The notes below the pieces were generated by a model, which saw nothing but the letters and a program-made list of their open reading frames with translations, ran no database searches and was not told where the DNA came from. A stretch of 64,000 nt of DNA, from IMG/VR virus record IMGVR_UViG_3300032267_000592, positions 1 to 64,000 of that record. The stretch is one strand, 5' to 3'. A program made the translations under genes and the position numbers. The DNA comes from a virus. Below are positions 37,235 through 47,646 of the stretch, piece by piece. How positions within the stretch are numbered: position 1 is the stretch's first letter; the number at the start of each line of letters is the position of its first letter.

Positions 37235-38332
37235 ATGGCTAAAAACAAAAAAGAAAACGAAGAAGTTGAAGAAATTGGAACAATTGATGACGCATTTAAA
37301 GTTTTGGAAGATTTAAATCCAAACGCTGCGTTTTTGGATGAAAGTACATTATCAAACGTAAAAGAATGGGTTGATACTGGATCATATGCTTTAAATGCAA
37401 TTATCTCCGGATCTCTTTATGGGGGAGTTCCTGTCGGTAGAATTACTGGATTCGTGGGTCCATCTGCTACCGGAAAAACTCTTATGATGAATAAGATCAT
37501 GGCAAATGCGCAAAAGAAGGGAATGCATACGGTTTATTTTGATTCAGAATCAGCACTAGATCATAGAACTGCTGAAAATCTAGGATGTGATCCTAAAAAA
37601 ATAAAACATTGCCCAATTGAAATTATCGAAGATTGTAGAAATCAAATTGTAAAATTTTTGGATACTGTAGTAGAAAAAAAACTACAAGGAAAGGTTATGA
37701 TAGTAATAGACTCTCTTGGAAATCTTATATCTTCAAGAGAAGCCAAGGTAATTCAAGATGGTAAAGATTCAGCAGATATGGGTGCAAAAGCGGTTGCAGT
37801 AAAATCTATGCTTAGAGCAGTAACACACTCAGCAGCAAAGGCAAATTGCTTAGTGTTATTCAGCAATCACGTATATGATAACCCAGGAGCATTGTATCCA
37901 ACTTTGATTAAAAGCCAAGCTGGTGGTTCTGGACCATTATATATGTCCAGTGTCATTGTCCAACTATCAACAAAACAAGAAAGGGTTGGCAGTTCTGATA
38001 ATAAAAATGCAACAGATGACGTAACTCCGATTTCAAAAAATGTAAATGGACTGTCATTGAGAGCAGTTACTACCAAAAATAGATTCATCCCATCATTTTT
38101 AGAAACTGAATTATATTTGAACTTCAAAACAGGATTAAATCGCTATTCTGGTTTGCTTGAAATGGCAGAAGGATATAAAGTAATCACAAAACAAGGACAT
38201 AGATATGTCTTGGGTGAAGAAGTTCTTGGGTTTTATAAAGACTGGAGAGATAAACAAGATGTTTGGGATAAAATTCTTCCAAAATTAGAGGAAATTTTAC
38301 AACAAGAATTAAAATTTGGAAAAGAATCTTAA
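37235..38332 (+). CDS. uvsX: RecA-family recombinase UvsX
   Basis: Motifs DTGSYALNAIISG, GPSATGKT, YFDSE, VIDSLG, NHVY, GGSG and KNRF. Confidence 0.93.
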   Translation: MAKNKKENEEVEEIGTIDDAFKVLEDLNPNAAFLDESTLSNVKEWVDTGSYALNAIISGSLYGGVPVGRITGFVGPSATGKTLMMNKIMANAQKKGMHTVYFDSESALDHRTAENLGCDPKKIKHCPIEIIEDCRNQIVKFLDTVVEKKLQGKVMIVIDSLGNLISSREAKVIQDGKDSADMGAKAVAVKSMLRAVTHSAAKANCLVLFSNHVYDNPGALYPTLIKSQAGGSGPLYMSSVIVQLSTKQERVGSSDNKNATDDVTPISKNVNGLSLRAVTTKNRFIPSFLETELYLNFKTGLNRYSGLLEMAEGYKVITKQGHRYVLGEEVLGFYKDWRDKQDVWDKILPKLEEILQQELKFGKES

Positions 38333-38377
38333 TTTTTACCTTGTAGTTTTATCGAAAACGCGTAAAATCTCTTTTAG

Positions 38378-39781
38378 ATGACAAAAAAAGATACACTTTC
38401 TCTTGATTTGGATTATTTCGAAAGAATAATCATATATAATGCGCTAACAGATCAATATTATCTGGAAACTATATTAGAATTTGTTGATCCGGATTTCTTC
38501 AAGGATAAAAGAATACAAATAATTTTTAAAATATTAAAAAATTTTTACAATCAGCATAAAGTAATACCGAATACAACAGAATTAAAAGCATATTTAATCA
38601 CTCCCGAACAAAAAGAAGCATTAAAAGAACTTGCAATATCATTCAACGCTATTGATAAATCATATAATAAAGATCTTTTAATAAAAAATACTGAAAAATT
38701 TTTAAGAGAAAAGTCAGTAATTTCTACTGTGATGGAAACAACCATCGATGCACAATCTGGAAATATGGATAGTGCATCAATTCTTAAAAAATTCGAAAGA
38801 GCTTGTAGTATATCATTAATAGATGATATTGGTTTTGATTATTTGGAGGAAATTGATAAACACTGTGAAGACTTGAATAAAGTATTTAATACACTTTCAA
38901 CTGGGTGGAAATGGTTAGATACCCAAATTGGCGGTGGATTCATGTCAGAAGGTAGAGCTTTATATGTTTTCTTCGGCGTTACCAATGTCGGCAAGTCTAT
39001 ATTTTTAGGGAACATTGGAACTAATATTTTAAATCAAGACAAAACAGTTGTATTAATTTCTTTGGAAATGCCAGAACAAGTTTATGCAAAACGCATATCC
39101 GCTCAGTTATCAAAGATACCATGTGATGATTTGAAATTACAGACAAGTTCTCTTAGAAAATTTGTAAACGAATATAAAGTTAAAAATAAAAATTCTAAAT
39201 TAATTGTTAAAGAATTTCCACCAAAATCAGTAACAGTATTAAATATCAAATCATATATAAACAAACTGATAAAAAATGGAATTAAACCGGATGCTATAAT
39301 TATTGATTATATAAATCTCATAGCACCATCAGAAAACGGTTTGAGTTCATATGAATCAATTAAACAGATAACAGAAAATCTTAGAGCATTATCTTACGAT
39401 TTTTCATGTCCAATAATTTCCGCGACTCAAAGTAACAGGTCTGGATATGGTGATAGTGCGCCAAAATTGGAAGCAACGAGTGAATCTATGGGACTAAGCC
39501 ATACCGTTGACGTTCAAATGTCCATATGGACCGAGGAAGGAGATTCGGATTTGGGCATAATCCATTTAGGAGTTGAAAAAAATAGATTTGGTCCAAGAGA
39601 AGTTTATACACATTTAAATATCGATTATCCAACACTATCATTAACAGAACCGGACGATTTAGATCCAACATTACCAACTAAAAAATCTCCGCAAAAATTA
39701 ACACCTGATGTTCAGGATAATACTCAAGAATATTCAAATGTTGTAGATACTTTTAGTATGTTTGAAACATTAAAAAGCTAG
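38378..39781 (+). CDS. gp41: Replicative DnaB-like helicase (T4 gp41-like)
   Basis: Motifs STGWKWLD, GVTNVGKS, ISLEM, IIIDYINL, SATQSNR and KNRFG. It has a promoter, TTGTAG-16-TAAAAT, at 38341-38368. Confidence 0.93.
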   Translation: MTKKDTLSLDLDYFERIIIYNALTDQYYLETILEFVDPDFFKDKRIQIIFKILKNFYNQHKVIPNTTELKAYLITPEQKEALKELAISFNAIDKSYNKDLLIKNTEKFLREKSVISTVMETTIDAQSGNMDSASILKKFERACSISLIDDIGFDYLEEIDKHCEDLNKVFNTLSTGWKWLDTQIGGGFMSEGRALYVFFGVTNVGKSIFLGNIGTNILNQDKTVVLISLEMPEQVYAKRISAQLSKIPCDDLKLQTSSLRKFVNEYKVKNKNSKLIVKEFPPKSVTVLNIKSYINKLIKNGIKPDAIIIDYINLIAPSENGLSSYESIKQITENLRALSYDFSCPIISATQSNRSGYGDSAPKLEATSESMGLSHTVDVQMSIWTEEGDSDLGIIHLGVEKNRFGPREVYTHLNIDYPTLSLTEPDDLDPTLPTKKSPQKLTPDVQDNTQEYSNVVDTFSMFETLKS

Positions 39782-39814
39782 TTGTATTTTTAAAGGTTTT
39801 GCATAAATATCAAT

Positions 39815-40705
39815 ATGCAAAATAAAGTTTACCAAGTTTTTACGCATAAAGATTTGGATGGTGCTGGTAGTTTACTCGCGTTTTTGTGGGCAAATCCAGA
39901 TGCACAAATAACATATAAAGAAGTTACAAATTTACAAACAGATAAAATAAAAGAGTTTGTAAAAAACACATTTAATTTGCCAAGTACTTTAATTTTTGAT
40001 TTGGGATTAAGAGATGATTTTTTGCCAGATCTAGATCACGAAAAAATAACATTTATAGATCACCATATAAAAACTGAAAATTTCTTAAAAAAATTTAAGA
40101 AATCAAAAATTATATATGAAAATTTAAAATCTAATGTTTTGTTGGTTAGAAAATTGTTTAAGAAAGATGAATACCCATTAACGGAAGAACAAAAAAAATT
40201 AATATTATATATTAATGATTTTGAATCAGACGAAAACGTTTTTGAAAAATCATATAACTTAAACATTTTATTTTGGACATATTTTAAAAATAATTTCAAC
40301 GGGTTTATTAATTTTTATAAAAATGGATTTGTGGAATTTAGCGATTCGCAATTAAAAATGATAAAATCTGCAAAAAATAATGCAAATGAACAAGCCAACA
40401 AATTAAAATGTTTTAAAGGGGAAATTATAATAGAGGGTAATCTTAAAAATATATTGGCGGTTACTACCGAATCTTTCAATAATTTGGTAGATGATATTTT
40501 GATAAAAAGATACAATCCAGATATTTATTTTAATATAAATATTTTATCCGAAAAAATAGCAATGAAACAACTTAAAAATAAACAAGAAATAAATTTATTA
40601 TCATTTTGTAAGAAATATTGCGATGGTGATGGTAATAATAAAACCTGCAAAGGAAGAATGACGCCATTATTTATGGAGTTGACAAAAAACTTTAAACCAT
40701 TATGA
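39815..40705 (+). CDS. DHH-family phosphoesterase
   Basis: Motifs THKDLDG, FDLG and IDHH. Confidence 0.75.
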   Translation: MQNKVYQVFTHKDLDGAGSLLAFLWANPDAQITYKEVTNLQTDKIKEFVKNTFNLPSTLIFDLGLRDDFLPDLDHEKITFIDHHIKTENFLKKFKKSKIIYENLKSNVLLVRKLFKKDEYPLTEEQKKLILYINDFESDENVFEKSYNLNILFWTYFKNNFNGFINFYKNGFVEFSDSQLKMIKSAKNNANEQANKLKCFKGEIIIEGNLKNILAVTTESFNNLVDDILIKRYNPDIYFNINILSEKIAMKQLKNKQEINLLSFCKKYCDGDGNNKTCKGRMTPLFMELTKNFKPL

Positions 40706-40995
40706 TAATAACATCTTCACAACAACTAGAAGACATAACAAACCCGTCAAATGCCATAAATGTGGACGAATTTGAACAGATAACATTAAAATTTGCATCA
40801 TTTATTTGTATTTCAACTGGTAAAAAGATGAATTATTTAAATTTTTTAAAATTTTTGATTGAAGATAAAAACGCACAAGCAATTTATTTTGCTTTACTTG
40901 GAGATAATAATTTACAAAACATAATCAAAGTATATTTAACATGTACACCTAATATTTATAAAAAAATGTTTAGGGCAAAACACTATCAAAAATGA
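40702..40995 (+). CDS. Hypothetical protein
   Basis: 97 aa, with ATGA overlaps at both ends. Confidence 0.55.
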   Translation: MIITSSQQLEDITNPSNAINVDEFEQITLKFASFICISTGKKMNYLNFLKFLIEDKNAQAIYFALLGDNNLQNIIKVYLTCTPNIYKKMFRAKHYQK

Positions 40996-41648
40996 TACAA
41001 TTATCAGATTCAGAAAAAATAATATACAATTTATATTTAAAACATTCTAGAAAAGGACAAGGATACAGATTAAGGAAGGATTTTTCAGATCTAGACCAAG
41101 ATATTTGCACGTCTGTTGCAAAAATAACAAAGTTCTTAAACTCATATAGCCACATAGATTGGAATGAGTTTTTTGAATCATATGGGGAATTACACCCAAA
41201 TGAAAAATATCCAAATATAAATTTTTTTACATCAAGACTTGCTATTAAAAATTATTCTTTATATAAAAAACAAAAAGAATCAAGAGATCCAGAAAAACAA
41301 TTTGATGAGATTAAATCTAGTATGCGTTTTATTGGTTTATTTTGCATAGAAAATAAAATAGAACTGAAAAAATATTTATTCCATAAAACAGGATATATGT
41401 ATTCTTGGATGAATCATTATAGAGAACACCGAATAAATCCATATGCATTGATGGAACTTGGTGACATTGTATCAATTTTAGACAATATCGAAAGCGATGT
41501 TAAAATGTTATTTGCTTCAAATTTGGATAAAAATTTAATTGCATTCAAAACAAGATATCAAAATTCCGATAAAACTAAAAATTACGTCAAACAATTGACA
41601 GCAACAATAGAAAATTTTGTTAAAAAAGAATTGACTAATTCAAAATAA
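40992..41648 (+). CDS. Hypothetical protein, possible helicase loader (T4 gp59-like)
   Basis: A 218-aa basic, aromatic-rich helical protein immediately upstream of gp32, matching the size and position of T4 gp59. No diagnostic motif was confirmed. Confidence 0.4.
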   Translation: MIQLSDSEKIIYNLYLKHSRKGQGYRLRKDFSDLDQDICTSVAKITKFLNSYSHIDWNEFFESYGELHPNEKYPNINFFTSRLAIKNYSLYKKQKESRDPEKQFDEIKSSMRFIGLFCIENKIELKKYLFHKTGYMYSWMNHYREHRINPYALMELGDIVSILDNIESDVKMLFASNLDKNLIAFKTRYQNSDKTKNYVKQLTATIENFVKKELTNSK

Positions 41649-41670
41649 TTGATATTCTTTTATAGAAACT

Positions 41671-42525
41671 ATGAGTAATAAATACAACGAAAGTCTCTTT
41701 GATTCGCTCAAAGACGCATTAACAACAAAAACAACAACAGAATCATCATTTAAGGATTTCCTTAAATGTGAACCTGATAAGACATACGTGGTACGTCTCT
41801 TGCCAAATCTTGAAGATGGTAAGAAGATTAGATTCCATTACTGGCAGCATATTTTTGATAGCTGTGTAACTGGTAAAAAGATTTCAGTTCTATGTCCGAA
41901 TACATATGGGGAAAAATGCCCAATCGATGAATATAGATCAAAAGTTTGGGCTTCCAAGAACGAAGCTTTGATCAATCAATCAAAGCCTCTAAAGAAGACT
42001 GAAAAGTGGCTTTATAATGTTTACGTTATCAAGGATCCATCCAACCCTTCAAATGAAGGTCAGGTTAAAATTCTTAATGCTGGAACTCAGCTACAAAAGG
42101 TCATCCAGTCGGCAATCGACGGGGATGATTCACAAGAATTCGGTTTTAGAATTTTTGATCTATCCGAAAAGGGATGCAATCTTAGGATTAAAGTTGAGAA
42201 GAATGACGGTGGTTATCCACAATATACAAGTTCAAAATTTTTATCACCTTCAAAAATCGAAGGACTAGTAGACGCTGATGATGTATACGAGTCGATCAAG
42301 CCACTTGATACAATTTTTCAAAGAAAAACATACAATGAAATTAAAGAGTTGCTGGATGTACACTTCTTTGGAAAAGAAACCGAACCAACTAATCAAATTG
42401 AAGATTCGGATGATGATTATGTAATTGAAAACGTAGTCGAAAATAATACAGATGTCACCAAAAGCGATGATGACGCCCTAACAGATCAGGAAAAGAGAAT
42501 GCAGGATATATTAAAGGATCTTTAA
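41671..42525 (+). CDS. gp32: Single-stranded DNA-binding protein (T4 gp32-like)
   Basis: Motifs VVRLLP, CPNTYGEKCPIDE, NVYVIKDPSNPSNEGQVKI, FDL..GCNLRIK and Y..SKF, plus an acidic tail. It has a promoter, TTGACT-16-TATTCT, at 41631-41658. Confidence 0.92.
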   Translation: MSNKYNESLFDSLKDALTTKTTTESSFKDFLKCEPDKTYVVRLLPNLEDGKKIRFHYWQHIFDSCVTGKKISVLCPNTYGEKCPIDEYRSKVWASKNEALINQSKPLKKTEKWLYNVYVIKDPSNPSNEGQVKILNAGTQLQKVIQSAIDGDDSQEFGFRIFDLSEKGCNLRIKVEKNDGGYPQYTSSKFLSPSKIEGLVDADDVYESIKPLDTIFQRKTYNEIKELLDVHFFGKETEPTNQIEDSDDDYVIENVVENNTDVTKSDDDALTDQEKRMQDILKDL

Positions 42526-42528
42526 TAT

Positions 42529-43044
42529 ATGATGAATCCAGCTATAGAAAATCTAGAAGCTGCAAAATTGGCATCAATGATCGGTTCACAGCTAAAAGCT
42601 GTGGACCGATTAGCAATAGATAGACCAAACATACCAGCAAATAGAATAAATATTAACCAATTTGTTGCATCGGTTACAAATCCAAATATTTTACCATCCA
42701 ATAAATTCGATAATACTCCTTTCGGCTATGCAAAACCATTACCGGAAGAAATAATTCAACAAATGGTTCCGGATGCAGTTCCTGCGTATAAACCACCGGA
42801 AAACCTTCAATCTATTGGATCGATTAGAATTGAGCCAATTCAAGAAAACACAAATACCGTTCAGAATAATGTAAGCGTACAACAACCGCAAAAACACCAA
42901 AAAGAAAAACCAGTACATACTACACAGTATAGTAATCTTGAAAATGATATAGGTAGTATTAAAAATTCGTTAAAAAATATTAGCAAAACTCTTTCCGATA
43001 TGTTAGTCTTGTTTAGACAACAGATAAAAGAAGATAATGAGTAA
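42529..43044 (+). CDS. Hypothetical protein (Pro/Gln-rich linker, C-terminal coiled coil)
   Basis: 171-aa ORF between gp32 and the clamp gene. Confidence 0.55.
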   Translation: MMNPAIENLEAAKLASMIGSQLKAVDRLAIDRPNIPANRININQFVASVTNPNILPSNKFDNTPFGYAKPLPEEIIQQMVPDAVPAYKPPENLQSIGSIRIEPIQENTNTVQNNVSVQQPQKHQKEKPVHTTQYSNLENDIGSIKNSLKNISKTLSDMLVLFRQQIKEDNE

Positions 43045-43789
43045 AACGATTAAAATACAAAAAAATTCCTTACATAAATTATTAAAACCAGTAAACAGAA
43101 TAACCGAAAGCTGTGTAATTAGATCAGGTTTAAATAATATCTATACTGTTTGCTCATCCAGCGACAATAGTGTTATTTTATATGCTAAGACTGATACATC
43201 TGATCAGTTAGACAATGTAAAATTTAATTTAATTAACATTAAAAAATTTTTAAATGGGCTGGACTGCTTGGGTGATCTTGGTGAATTTAGCATGGTTTAT
43301 GACACAAACAGCATCACTTGTAATAGTATCGATGACTCTAATGGAGAAAATACATATTTTAAATATCATTTAGTGGATGACAATATCATTAAAGAGTCTC
43401 CGATTGATGTAGAATATATTGCTACGTTAAAATTTGATACAATTTTTGAAATACCATCTTCAAAAATAAAACAAATCATGTCTGCATATTCTTATGTTGA
43501 TAACGTAAATAAAATTTACTTTTATACGAAGGATGGAAAAGTACATGCGGAAATAAATGATAAAACTATGCAAAACATTGATAATGTATCATTAACCGTT
43601 TCGTCTAATTACGATGGAGATGAAATATTGATACCACTATCATTGAAAATAGAAATATTTAAAAGTTTATCTTTAACGAAAAATTCTATAAAGGTTAAAT
43701 TGAATAATGAACATAAAGTTTTCATATTTCAAACTCAAGAAGATGAGAATACCGAATTAAAATATATAATTTCAGCACTTGTTAAATAA
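43037..43789 (+). CDS. gp45: DNA sliding clamp (gp45/PCNA-like)
   Basis: 250 aa with a two-domain alpha/beta pattern (FNLINIKKFLNGL, FKYHLVD, LKYIISALV), located in the replication cluster. Confidence 0.65.
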   Translation: MSKTIKIQKNSLHKLLKPVNRITESCVIRSGLNNIYTVCSSSDNSVILYAKTDTSDQLDNVKFNLINIKKFLNGLDCLGDLGEFSMVYDTNSITCNSIDDSNGENTYFKYHLVDDNIIKESPIDVEYIATLKFDTIFEIPSSKIKQIMSAYSYVDNVNKIYFYTKDGKVHAEINDKTMQNIDNVSLTVSSNYDGDEILIPLSLKIEIFKSLSLTKNSIKVKLNNEHKVFIFQTQEDENTELKYIISALVK

Positions 43790-43813
43790 AAAAAAATAAT
43801 AAATTATATATAT

Positions 43814-44131
43814 ATGGCTAAAAATAAATTAACAACATGTAGTTACTTCATAAAAAGACTTAGAGATTGTGGTTATGTAACTAATAAAGTATATTCAGAT
43901 TTCTCAGATTCGGATGCAAGGTCTTGGATGGTTGTGGTTGATCCAAAAGAAACGTCTGTATTTATAACATGCTATAATAATTTAAGTTTTTTTGGTGAAG
44001 AATTTTTTGAATTACATGATGGAGGTCAATTTATACCTGATCGCTTTAAATTAAAGACAAGTTCTATTGAAATTGTCATCGAATATCTATCAAAGTATAA
44101 CATTAATAACAAGTATTCACGGAATAAATAA
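43814..44131 (+). CDS. Hypothetical protein
   Basis: 105-aa ORF in the operon. Confidence 0.55.
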   Translation: MAKNKLTTCSYFIKRLRDCGYVTNKVYSDFSDSDARSWMVVVDPKETSVFITCYNNLSFFGEEFFELHDGGQFIPDRFKLKTSSIEIVIEYLSKYNINNKYSRNK

Positions 44132-44536
44132 ATGAAAAACAATAAAAAGAGTAAATCATTTAATTGTGATACAAAGACAAATAATTTATCTACTGCAAAT
44201 TTAGAAGTTCCCATAAAGTGTAAACTCACTAAAAAAGAAATAGAAGAAACAAATGAAAAAGTTTACGAGGCAATAAATAAAATTGAATTGAAAAAAGCAT
44301 TAGAAACTTATTTAAAACAGCAAAATCAATATAAACAAACCGAAATGAGAGACTTTGGTATTTTAAAATCTATTATTTCAGAATATCTTGATTCTTTTAT
44401 TGTTTTTGGGTATAATCTACATGGTGAAAGGGTTATAATTCAAAATTACCCAAGATCAAAAGATCGAGATGCTATAATGGAGTTTTTAAAAATAATTTTC
44501 TTTAAACAACAACAAGACAATTTTTTAGACGATTAA
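44132..44536 (+). CDS. Hypothetical protein
   Basis: 134-aa ORF abutting the upstream stop codon. Confidence 0.55.
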   Translation: MKNNKKSKSFNCDTKTNNLSTANLEVPIKCKLTKKEIEETNEKVYEAINKIELKKALETYLKQQNQYKQTEMRDFGILKSIISEYLDSFIVFGYNLHGERVIIQNYPRSKDRDAIMEFLKIIFFKQQQDNFLDD

Positions 44537-44539
44537 AAT

Positions 44540-45553
44540 ATGACAGACGAAGAATTTTATTGTAAAAGTCCATTATTAAATTCCAGTTTATTTCCAGTTG
44601 GAACTGGAAGACTCTTGAATTCCACTTATAGTATATTGCCATTTCTATGTGATTTGTTAAAGGTTGCAAACGACGAAACCGTAAGTCCCGTTTTAGTCGA
44701 ACCTCCAGAGTTCGATATTTCTCCATTCGTAGATTTTTCTGGATTAAATGGCGTTGGAGATCCAAGAGTTTCGCTGGGAGTCACCACAACCGAGACATTA
44801 AAACGTTTTTTACCTAGAATTATAACACAGACAGAAGTCCTACAGTCTGGCGGTTCGAGATTAATAGATACATATATATGCGATCAAGATGGAAATCCAA
44901 TAAAACAATCAACAACTGTTAATGCGTTAAATTCCACGTCTTACAAATATGGAAATATGAACATCCCCTTAAATAATCAATCATCGGAAGATTTGATGAA
45001 ACAATTAACAGGAGAAGAAATTGATAATTTTGTAAACAATTTCATTTTAAATGAAAAACTAAAAGACGCCGAAGCTTTTGTTAAATTTATAAAGGCGTAT
45101 TATCCAAATTGGAGTCCAGAGATAGTAAGTTATGATCAATTGGGAGTATGTGTAGTCAAATTACAAGATGTAAGCAAAACTAAACAACGATATTTAAAAT
45201 ATTACGATGATGTTAAAAAAAATGTTGCATGTTTACTTGGTAAAAATGAAATAACTATTAATTCAAATATAACTACAGTAGATAATAATGGTTTATTGTC
45301 TGCATTTTCCGATATAATACCAAATTACATAAATGTAATGTCAGAGAAAGCTTTGCAAGATAAATTATACGCTAAGTTAGAAAATCAAAATTCCGCAACC
45401 AACACATCATCATATAACCAGATATTTCAACAGTTTAATGATCCGGAATTTAGGAAAAATAATACCCCTGAAAGTATTAATAAAATAATATCAGATATAA
45501 CTACCCCCAAAACGACACAAAAAACTTCAACTATAAAAGTTGAAAGTTGTTAA
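44540..45553 (+). CDS. Hypothetical protein
   Basis: 337-aa ORF converging on the tail module. Confidence 0.6.
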   Translation: MTDEEFYCKSPLLNSSLFPVGTGRLLNSTYSILPFLCDLLKVANDETVSPVLVEPPEFDISPFVDFSGLNGVGDPRVSLGVTTTETLKRFLPRIITQTEVLQSGGSRLIDTYICDQDGNPIKQSTTVNALNSTSYKYGNMNIPLNNQSSEDLMKQLTGEEIDNFVNNFILNEKLKDAEAFVKFIKAYYPNWSPEIVSYDQLGVCVVKLQDVSKTKQRYLKYYDDVKKNVACLLGKNEITINSNITTVDNNGLLSAFSDIIPNYINVMSEKALQDKLYAKLENQNSATNTSSYNQIFQQFNDPEFRKNNTPESINKIISDITTPKTTQKTSTIKVESC

Positions 45554-47607
45554 TCACAATCAACCGGATTGAATGTTGGTGGTGGATTCAACGTTCCATC
45601 CTCATTAAATTTATAATTTCCAGTTTCTGGTGTTAGATTTACATAGTTTTCACCGTTATATGGATCGCCTGTAATGTTATAATTTTTATTTCTTTTATTT
45701 TTGTAATTAGCAACCCTAGACGAAACAAATGCTGCCCCGCCGCCGCCACAGGATGACAAATCTCCTAATGATTTAGGTCCGGGTGCCACCCCCATACCCT
45801 TTGCTTTTGCGGGAGTTGGTACATGACTTGGGCTTGGTCGAGTTCCCTTAGATGCCGCCGCATTATCATGACCATCAAACGCTGGAACTGTATGTTCATG
45901 TGAGTGATTATCACCGGGATTTCCATGATTGTGTGGAAAATTATATATCGGTAAACACTCAGGCACAACAATTCCGGTCATCGTTCCCGTTGGACCTCCT
46001 ACAATTACTTTTAATGGAGTATTAGTAAAATAACCCCATGCAAATCCATATCCAGTGGGTAAACCACAATTATCAACTGGAACTTTTAACATTGCACTGG
46101 AATATGTATTTTTTACTTTTCTTATAACTTCTCGAACATCCAACCATTGAAAAGACAATGTATTATATAATTCATGCCCTATTGCTTTAATCGCAGTATC
46201 ATATGTATCCAATAATGTCGCCTGTTGGGTTGTTGGATTATTCCAAGTTGCATTAGAATGAACTTGATTTGAACTTCCACAGGTCGTTGTATCTAATCTT
46301 TCGGATGGACAGTGTAAATGCGTACAATATAATGAACCATCCATCACTATAGACCCTTTTAGTGCTAAATCTCCCGCAACGCTTAATTTACCACTCACCA
46401 TTGTATCATCAGAATCAATTCTAACGCCACTATCACCGGAACGATCTTTTGCGTCGATTATTACATTTTTACCCTTTAATGTTGTTTTATTATTAGAACA
46501 TAATGTAAGTTCCCCCTCATTGGCATGAATAGAGGTAACGGAAGAATTTATTTGTGTCTTTCCAGATGTATGAATATCTATTCCGGGAGATCCCGCAGTA
46601 ACAGTTAATTTGTTTGAAACATCAATCATTAAACTTCCGGGGTTTATCAATGGATCAGAATGTATAGCTTGTTTACAATTTCCTTTAGTTGATAATCTCA
46701 AACCATGACTTGCATTTGTAGCACTCACAAACCCAAAAGGTACCGTCGTATGATCTTTTAAAACAACAGTAGGTGAATCATTTTTTGCAGTTCCAACTCT
46801 CCATACAACATCACCCATGTCAGAATTAACTTTAGACCCACCACTTTCTAATGCCTTTTGATGTTTAGCCAATTCATCTTTTTTTTCATTTAATTTTTGA
46901 GCAGCCTTTTCATTTCCAGCTTGTATTGATGTAATTGGTGATTTAACATTTCCTTTTACACATCCGGGGCTACCGCAACCTTGACCACCATTTAATGATG
47001 CATTAGACGATGTTGATAAAAACGGAACAATCAACATATTAACATATTTTTGTATTTTCCTTAATGGAAATGGAAAATTTGGAATATGAACTTCCACATA
47101 ATTAAAAATCTTATCAGATAATTGTTGCGCCCTAGCGGTTAAAAATTTTTGTTTACACGTTGGACATGGAATTGGAGTACCTTCTGTTTCTTTTATAGTA
47201 TCTAATTTAGCTTTATCTATTTCTTTTGTTGTTTGTTGTAATTGTTTAGCTGCTTCGGTGTGTTTTTTTGACTGTTTACCGTTTTGGACTGTATGATTTC
47301 CTTGTATATATTCATGTTTATCGCCACCATAAACATATTGCATATCACCTTTAACCGAAAAAAACATATTCTGACCAGCAACTAAACATAAATCAGATGC
47401 AGCTTTAATTGTGATGGTGCCACCTATAAATTGAATTAGACTTTTGAATTTATCTTGTAACAAAACATAAGACCTATCATCTGGTATCAATGAACCATGT
47501 TCATCAACCTTAATATTCGTTATCATTGATAACACACCAGCTTCGGTTGCAATCGTATTTGATTGTTGTGATCCATTTTTATCATATTGTGGATGTTTTT
47601 GTGGCAT
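45550..47607 (-). CDS. Central tail spike protein, C-terminal/beta-helix part (gp5C/VgrG-like)
   Basis: Beta-helix-like repeats (SVKGDMQYVYGGDKHEYIQGNHTVQNG; VSGKLSVAGDLALKGSIVMDG) and a His-rich HNHG..DNHSHEH cluster. It follows the gp5 OB-fold gene. Confidence 0.6.
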   Translation of the reverse strand: MPQKHPQYDKNGSQQSNTIATEAGVLSMITNIKVDEHGSLIPDDRSYVLLQDKFKSLIQFIGGTITIKAASDLCLVAGQNMFFSVKGDMQYVYGGDKHEYIQGNHTVQNGKQSKKHTEAAKQLQQTTKEIDKAKLDTIKETEGTPIPCPTCKQKFLTARAQQLSDKIFNYVEVHIPNFPFPLRKIQKYVNMLIVPFLSTSSNASLNGGQGCGSPGCVKGNVKSPITSIQAGNEKAAQKLNEKKDELAKHQKALESGGSKVNSDMGDVVWRVGTAKNDSPTVVLKDHTTVPFGFVSATNASHGLRLSTKGNCKQAIHSDPLINPGSLMIDVSNKLTVTAGSPGIDIHTSGKTQINSSVTSIHANEGELTLCSNNKTTLKGKNVIIDAKDRSGDSGVRIDSDDTMVSGKLSVAGDLALKGSIVMDGSLYCTHLHCPSERLDTTTCGSSNQVHSNATWNNPTTQQATLLDTYDTAIKAIGHELYNTLSFQWLDVREVIRKVKNTYSSAMLKVPVDNCGLPTGYGFAWGYFTNTPLKVIVGGPTGTMTGIVVPECLPIYNFPHNHGNPGDNHSHEHTVPAFDGHDNAAASKGTRPSPSHVPTPAKAKGMGVAPGPKSLGDLSSCGGGGAAFVSSRVANYKNKRNKNYNITGDPYNGENYVNLTPETGNYKFNEDGTLNPPPTFNPVDCD

Positions 47608-47646
47608 AATATTATATATAATTATTAAAATTTAAAATAAATCAAA

